NCBI RefSeq assembly: GCF_009914755.1
Contig: NC_060942.1
DNA from: the human T2T-CHM13v2.0 reference genome, Homo sapiens
Length of the DNA: 64,000 bases
Direction: 5' to 3' (one strand)
A model generated the notes under the pieces. It saw nothing but the letters and a program-made list of their open reading frames with translations, did not search any database and was not told the origin of the DNA. Made by a program: the position numbers and the translations under genes. Positions 56,994-64,000 of this stretch are shown piece by piece (within the stretch, counting starts at the first letter, position 1; every line of letters starts with the position of its first letter).

Positions 56994-57245
56994 GGCCTAA
57001 CAGCCTTTTTTAAACAGTACTCCATAAAGCAGCAATGGACATAACTTTCAAACATTTCAAAGGTTACTCTACAACACTGAGTACAAATATTGTCAAACTC
57101 AAGGACTTAATTTGGTGTATTATGTATGCTTTCAGTTACACAAATTGGTCTAATAAGCAAATGGGTTAAGAGGAAGCAAAAATTTAGGATCTGAAAGAAG
57201 GAATAGCTGAAATTCATGGCTCAAAGATAAGAGGGACTAAAATAA

Positions 57246-57680
<435 letters not shown>

Positions 57681-58012
57681 GTAAACAACAAAGAAAAAGG
57701 AAGTTGAGTCAAAAGAGGGATACTTATGTCAGACTGAAAAGCATATGCAACATTTAAAAGGCCACAGACTTTATTAATGGAATTTTACTACTCTGTCTCA
57801 TTTTAAAGTAATTCTCATCTTATATTTGGGTTACATGTAAAATATTTTCTACTTTAAAGGAATCTACTTTAAGGATCACAAAGTGAAAGTTCTCTGTCTT
57901 TTGTAGGGAAGTTGGAGAAAACAGCTCCAACCTTATCAAGGCCAACTGTTAATCCTAGCCATCATCTCCTTAGTTTTTGTGAGGGCAGGGAATTGAAGAA
58001 AACTGGTCCATA

Positions 58013-58165
58013 CAGTAGTGGTTCCCAAATCTGGCAGGTTATCAGCACTGCTCAAAGAACTGTTTAACCAGACAGATTCCTGAGTTCATCACCAGTCTAC
58101 TAGGTTAGAATCTCAGGTGGGATCCGGAACCTGCATATGAAAAGAGTGCTCCAGGTGACTGTTCA
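58013..58165. mobile_element. MER5A-like
   Basis: cagtagtggttcccaaa..cagattcctgag..agaatctcagg..ctccaggtga. Confidence 0.7.
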
Positions 58166-59584
58166 TTAATTAAGAGAATTCTCTTGAAATCCTCATTTTG
58201 ATGGAGGGAGAATCAATGTGACCAGATTCCTTCTTAGATAACCCCAATACAGAAGAGATTCTAGTATCAACATTATGGGTGTTCTATTATGCCTTTCTAC
58301 AGTCCTTGTCCTGCAAAATGACTCTGGAGGGATTCAACTGAGGGACTGGCCTTGGCTAAGATTTCCCATTTGCTTCCTTCTCAATATGTAGAACTGGTGA
58401 CTTGGAAAGCTGTACCAACATCCTGCAAATGTGTGTGTGTGTGCACGTGTGCATGTCAGACCATGGAGTTCATAACATAAAATTTCTCATATGAGGACTA
58501 AATGGTTCTAAGAATCAGGTATTACATTATTCTAGCAGTTTCCGGATCCATTTATAAGCCTGTGTTTACTATTCCATGGGAGGCAGAAGTAACTTATAAG
58601 ACTTGATCTTTGTCTTTATTGGACAAGAAACTCAAGGAGAGTCAGAATGGGAGGGAGAGCCACTGTGATTGTTGAATTCTGCAGAGAACATTTTGGGCCC
58701 GGTGAAATGGCAGAAATGTCATCTCTCCTTTGAGGATAGAAGCCCAGCACAGAGCTATCTCCTTTATGCTGAATGCTTCCTAGCTCTCATCCCCCAGCAA
58801 AAAGGTAACAATATTTCAGGAAAGAGAGAAAACAATTTTTTAAAAGTCTAAAGTGATAAAAATAAAAACAGGAGAAAAAAGTCAAATGACGTCATTTGTA
58901 CAATTAAAGTAGCTATAAGCTAGAAGCAGATTTAGTCTGAAGAAGAGGTTTTGCTGTTGGGCTGGTGGACGGTGTCAGGCACTCGGTCTCCTCGACTTTC
59001 TGTCAGGCCCTGAACATACACATGCTCTACATGGATCAGGGAAAGTAGAGAGAATGAACCAGAAAAAGCAAACAGTGGCTCTTTATTGGACTCTCATAGA
59101 GCCTGATAGGCCCTCCATGCTCTTCACCCTCTGAGAAAGGTTCAGAAATAGGAAAAAATGAGATCACTGGAAAAATTTATCCTAATACCATAAATCAGAA
59201 TATTTTACTCTGCTTGAACTATGAAATCACTGCAGGTGACAGTCAAGAAGAGAACCACTGAGAAACTATTGAAAATTTAGTTAGGCCAATTTACATAGGA
59301 ATTAGCTTATTGATGAGAACTACTAAAGTGGAGGTCTTCACAGTAGGGTTTTGTAGCTATAAGAATGCATAAATGTGGAATAATGTAGACTTTTAAAAAG
59401 CAACTATTCCAACAAAGTGACCAAGACCTCCAGTCTTAACTGAGCTTCTTTATAATATTTTGGAATAAAAGCTGACCTTTTAAGAGTCTATGGAGAGCTG
59501 TTCTTCAAAGAATGTTTTCTTGAAGCAGCACTTTATGGTCAACAGGCCCATTGTTCGTTGGTATCCCTCTCTTTCTCATTTCCT

Positions 59585-59960
59585 CCCTCCCTCCCATTCA
59601 GCAAATATTAAAGTGCCCAGTATGTACCAGGTACACTTCAGATACCCCAGTAAACAAAATATGAAGACCCCTGGCCTCCTGGAGCTTACATTATCTAGGA
59701 GGATAATAATAAATAATTATACAGTATGCTAGATGACAATGCTGCGGAACAAGAAAACATACAGTAGGATTGGGGGGCTGGGAGTGCAGAAATGTTACCT
59801 GGAAGGTCGGGCAGGCATGATGGAGAGAGAGATTTCATTTGCTCATGAGAGTAAAGACTTGAAGGACATGCAGGAATGAGGCCAGCAGATATCTGGAGCA
59901 GGGAGAGTGAGCCAGGCAAGGCTCTACGAGTGGAGAGGGCTGGTGTGTTTGGAGCAATTA
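59585..59960. mobile_element. L2 fragment
   Basis: cattcagcaaatatt..tatgtaccagg..ctggcctcctggagcttacatt..aaagacttgaagga. Confidence 0.75.
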
Positions 59961-59964
59961 CCTA

Positions 59965-60150
59965 GTACTGTGCTTCTCAAACTGGAGCAGGCATCAGTTC
60001 ACACAGCGGCTGATGTTAAAGCGCTGACTGCCCCAGCCCCATAGATTCTAATTCCATGGGTCTGGGGTAGGGCCTGAGAACCTCCATTTCTAGCAAGTTC
60101 CTAGGGGATGCTGATGATGCTATGAGGATCACACTTTGAAAAACAGTGAT
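59965..60150. mobile_element. MER5A-like
   Basis: gtgcttctcaaact..gattctaattc..gggtctggggtagggcctgagaa..atttctagcaagttcctagg..cacactttgaaaaac. Confidence 0.8.
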
Positions 60151-60155
60151 TTAAT

Positions 60156-60338
60156 ATTTATTTATTTATTTATTTATTTTGAGATGGAGTCTCGCTCTGT
60201 CCCCTAGGCTGGAGTGCAGTGGCATGATCTCGGTTTCATCACATTGGTCAGGCTGGTCTCAAACTCCTGTCCTCGTGATCTGCCCGCCTCCAGCTCCCAA
60301 AGTGCTGGGATTACAGGTGTGAGCCACTGCGCCCAGCC
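60156..60338 (-). mobile_element. Internally deleted AluS
   Basis: Right-arm end joins left arm at ..gatctcgg|tttcatc (~60233). Confidence 0.88.
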
Positions 60339-60344
60339 TTGACA

Positions 60345-60590
60345 CATTATTTTTAAAACTCTCTGAGTTACTAAATAATACTGGATCATTAAATCAATTT
60401 AATGGGTCTGACTAGCAATTTTAAAAAAAGAAAACAGAATAGGCAATATCGGAGCCCATCACATTTAATGATGGTAAGTACTGTTTTATCAAACTTTCAT
60501 TTCAGTTGTATATAAATGTGTGAATTGTATCATGATGTAAAATGTATTTTTTGCTGTGGGTGGCAGTCTAAAGAGTTTGAAAGCCACTAA
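60345..60590. mobile_element. hAT-Charlie-like DNA transposon fragment
   Basis: aaatcaatttaatgggtc..gggtggcagtc..agtttgaaagccact resembles Charlie-family ends. Confidence 0.5.
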
Positions 60591-61749
60591 TTACTTTACT
60601 GTACCATTAAATAATACAAGCCACATTAATACAGCAGAGAGAAATAGGGGAGTCCTATTGTTCCAGTTGGACACTAAGCTGAACTTGCCTTGGGCCTTCT
60701 CTTGTACTCACACACAGATTTCCCCATCTGGATTTCTCTTTCATCCCAGCTTTATGGAAACCTTACCATCCCTTTAAGACAGAGAAGGTCAAGTCCAGGT
60801 TTCTCTTCAGTGTTCCCTGACTAGTTCTTCCCAGCAGTGTCTCCACTCCTTCTTCCAGAACTTAACTTCTACACCATTCATTTTACACGCAGCGTAAAGT
60901 GCCCTGCTCTACTCAGCTCTGCAACGCAAGGGGGTGCCTTTCTCTCCTGAAAGATGATACATTTTTCTGAGGGCAGAGGTGGTGTCTTACACACTTCTGT
61001 TTCCCCAACGTCCTAGCAATGTTGTGGTCAAAGTGGGGGTAAAATAACGAGCTGCAGTAGGAAGAAACAAACCACATTTGTAAGAGATGCTTTGCTTGTA
61101 TATTATAGGTGATATCGGTGATGATGATGATGATGCAAATTAATGTAAAGGGACAGGTGGGTGCATACATCCTGAGAAGCAAATCTGGGGACAGAAGGAG
61201 AAGGGTGGTAGAAGGAGAAGGGCCAAATACAGGAAAACCAACTAGCAGGGAAAGCTTAGCGGTAAGAGACCCTTAGTCTTCCACCAGAGAGCCTGGGCTG
61301 AGAGGTCCTTGGGACAGCAAGCCATGGAGAAAAGCCTCACTCCTCACTGGGAGTCCCTCCTTTAATGTTCTGCACTAATGCTGTGCAGTGAATAAGGAGA
61401 GTTGAAGGACCAAAGGAGAAATCAAGATTTTGGCTGAGAAGAAGGAGAGAAATAGGAATCCAGAGGCAGGGTGAAGTTAATTTACCCCACGAATATGTAT
61501 TGAATGAGATGGGTGTGCTGGGGGATGGTTTTGCTATAATGGAGGGACATACGTGTGCCATAGGAATGTGGAGAAAACCACCGAGTGTGCGTGGGTGAAT
61601 CAGAGTGGGCTTCATAGAAAGCGGGGAGCATGATCGGCTCACCTGACAGACAAGCCATGAAACTGTGAGAACCCAGAAGCTGCATACACAAAGGCCTGGC
61701 ATGCAAGGACTCTGTCCACCTGACGATCGGCCAGCGGCTGACAGCGTTG

Positions 61750-62280
61750 GAGCACAGGATCCGTAGGAGGAAAAAGAACACAACTTAAGTCAGGAGTTAG
61801 GCCATGAAGTGCCTTGTGTGCTGGATCAGAGCAGGGTGTAAGGGTGGCAACAGGGCTAAGAACACCTGGGGAGGAAGAAGGATGTGGAAGTGGAGACCCC
61901 AATTAGGAGTTTATAGCAATAGACTGTGGGAGAAATGTGGAGCAGCCACATGGGAGGGCGGCAACGTGGAGGGAAAGGAATGACTTGAGAAATGAGAATT
62001 TCTAGGGTTTGGGATCTAACAGTACTTTTGAGTTAGAGGGAGGATGCTGGCTATTCATATTTCCACAGGTAGAGATACACGAGGAGTGTGGATGTGTGGG
62101 GAGGCAGAAGAGAGTGACTGTGGACACATGGGGGTTGTTCCTGTGGGACCCCAAGGGGCCCTCCCAGTACAGCACTCAGGAATCTGCTCTGGGGATAGAG
62201 AACTGACAAAGAAACGAAAGATGCTTAGGGTGAGATAGGGAAGAGACCCCTGAATAGGAGCAAAGGGAAAGGTTTTAAGC
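61750..62280 (+). mobile_element. Degenerate L2 fragment
   Basis: Purine-rich L2-like motifs (ggagacccca.ttaggag; ttttgagttagag; ctcaggaatctgctctggggatagaga). Confidence 0.5.
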
Positions 62281-64000
62281 AAGTTAGTTGATATGATTTT
62301 TTATATTTTTCTTTATGCAACTAAAAACAACCATGAAAGTATTCTAAAAAGTGGATATAAAATAAAGGCTTTAAAAATCATTTAGTGTGAAACTGGTAAT
62401 TACTTTTAATTCCTATGACTTATCAAGTGTCTTGAGTAAATGAAGTTTGGTTAATGTCAATAACATATTATTCCACACTTTCTTATTTACACTAAAAGAT
62501 AAGTTATCTTCTGGTTAATTCCCCTTGAAAAGCACTACCTAGTTTTCAAACACTAAATACAGTAAAATTCTTAATCCTCAAATGACATAGATAATTCACT
62601 AAACTGAAGAAAAGAGGGGACTTGAGAGCCCAACATAATAAAATCTGAGGTGGTAGTGGTATGAGAACACGCACGGATCTGGAAGAATTCTGACCCATCA
62701 CCATGACATTCAAATTGCTCCACAGTAAGCAAAATGCGAGCCAGGAACATGCCCTGTTGTGGATACAGACAGTGAGAGCTTTGAGCTGCGGCTTCTAAGT
62801 CGGCTCCCAGAGGACATACTAACTTTATTTATTTCCTTCCAAATCCTAAAGGAGAAATAAGTGACTCAGGATTTCAGAGCCTGTTCTTTAGGTCTCTGTT
62901 TAAGCAGGAGGCTCCGGAAAAAATAATTACCTGGTATTGCCTTTCCCAGACTTCACAGAATACCAGTAAGAAGAGAATGTTTAGAATGATATTAATACTA
63001 TTTACTCTGAACAGCCAAGTTGTTTAACTATATAGACAGATTTATCCAAATAGTATGCATTCCCACATAGGATATTACACAAATATTTTAGAAGGCTATG
63101 TCAAATAATATTTGATTGAAAAATATTTTATTTGGTTGGAAGTCAATTACTCTTCCATGGGCTTCCAGATCTTACTGTTTACTTGCCCAAAATTGGAAGA
63201 ATACTACTTCTACAAAGTTGGCTTCAATTCTACAATGCAAGGGAAAGTTCTAAAACTTTTGGCTCATCGGCTTCAGCTGACATTAGCTGGTGAATTTTTC
63301 ATGAGTAAGGGGCGCTGTGATCCTCTTAACAACCCAGAAGGTAGTAGTAAAGAATTCTGAGTTTCTAAGTGTTTAATTTATATATTTTAAGAAACAACAA
63401 ATCAATTAGTATATATTATTCCACATTTTCATAGAGGGCTTATTAAGACAGCATTTCCAATTTGAAACCAACTCTTTTACATCAATATCATGTATGAAAC
63501 TATTATTACACACCCGACAATTATTTTATCAGTATATATTAGTAAACTACTCCAAAGACTATAATGTGCTGTCATGTAGTATCATGTAAACATTACTCAA
63601 CACAGCTTGAATTTTGAATCAACTTTAGATACCGTGGTATTCTGTGAATTAAACTCTAGAGATTTTAAGTGACTCATTTTATTATAAACACTCAATCCAA
63701 AAAGATGATTAAAATAATTGAGATAAGGCTTGATTGTAAGGATAAACAGCCTTTTATTTCTAGTAACATCTGTGGTAATAATATGCTATCATTTAAACCA
63801 ACTAGGATGACTCACCATCTGTGGGTAAATGTAATTTTAGTAAATGTAATCTTTTCTAGTACTGGTGATAGTGTTTTTTTTTTTTTGTTTTGTTTTTAAA
63901 CTGAATCATCCATCTTCTATCCTTTTGCAACCATGAAGTGAGTTGGCAAGCTGAGGTCAGGAGTACAACTTCTTGCTATGTTCCAGAACCAAATTAACTG

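Overview
Human (primate) genomic DNA. I recognise it as the 3' end of DYM (dymeclin; chr18q21.1 from recall) on the minus strand. The only well-supported coding sequence is the DYM terminal coding exon (11633->11484, 49 aa + TGA), followed by several candidate poly(A) sites. Everything from 11634 to 64000 looks like one >52 kb final intron. It contains the MIR4744 hairpin (17114-17195), a probable antisense spliced lncRNA end (+ strand, ~14970-15900, DYM-AS1-like), a full-length SVA with a 13-bp TSD, a twin-primed inverted L1PA, a ~1.47 kb 42-bp G-rich VNTR, a MADE1 palindrome, about 18 Alus, and many old L1M/L2/MIR/MaLR/DNA-transposon fragments. Almost all ORFs in the supplied track are repeat-derived or chance. 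I see no evidence of a new protein-coding or CRISPR-like system. The most interesting signals are RNA-level and retrotransposition-level structures. Repeat subfamily calls and old-repeat boundaries were made by eye and are approximate.
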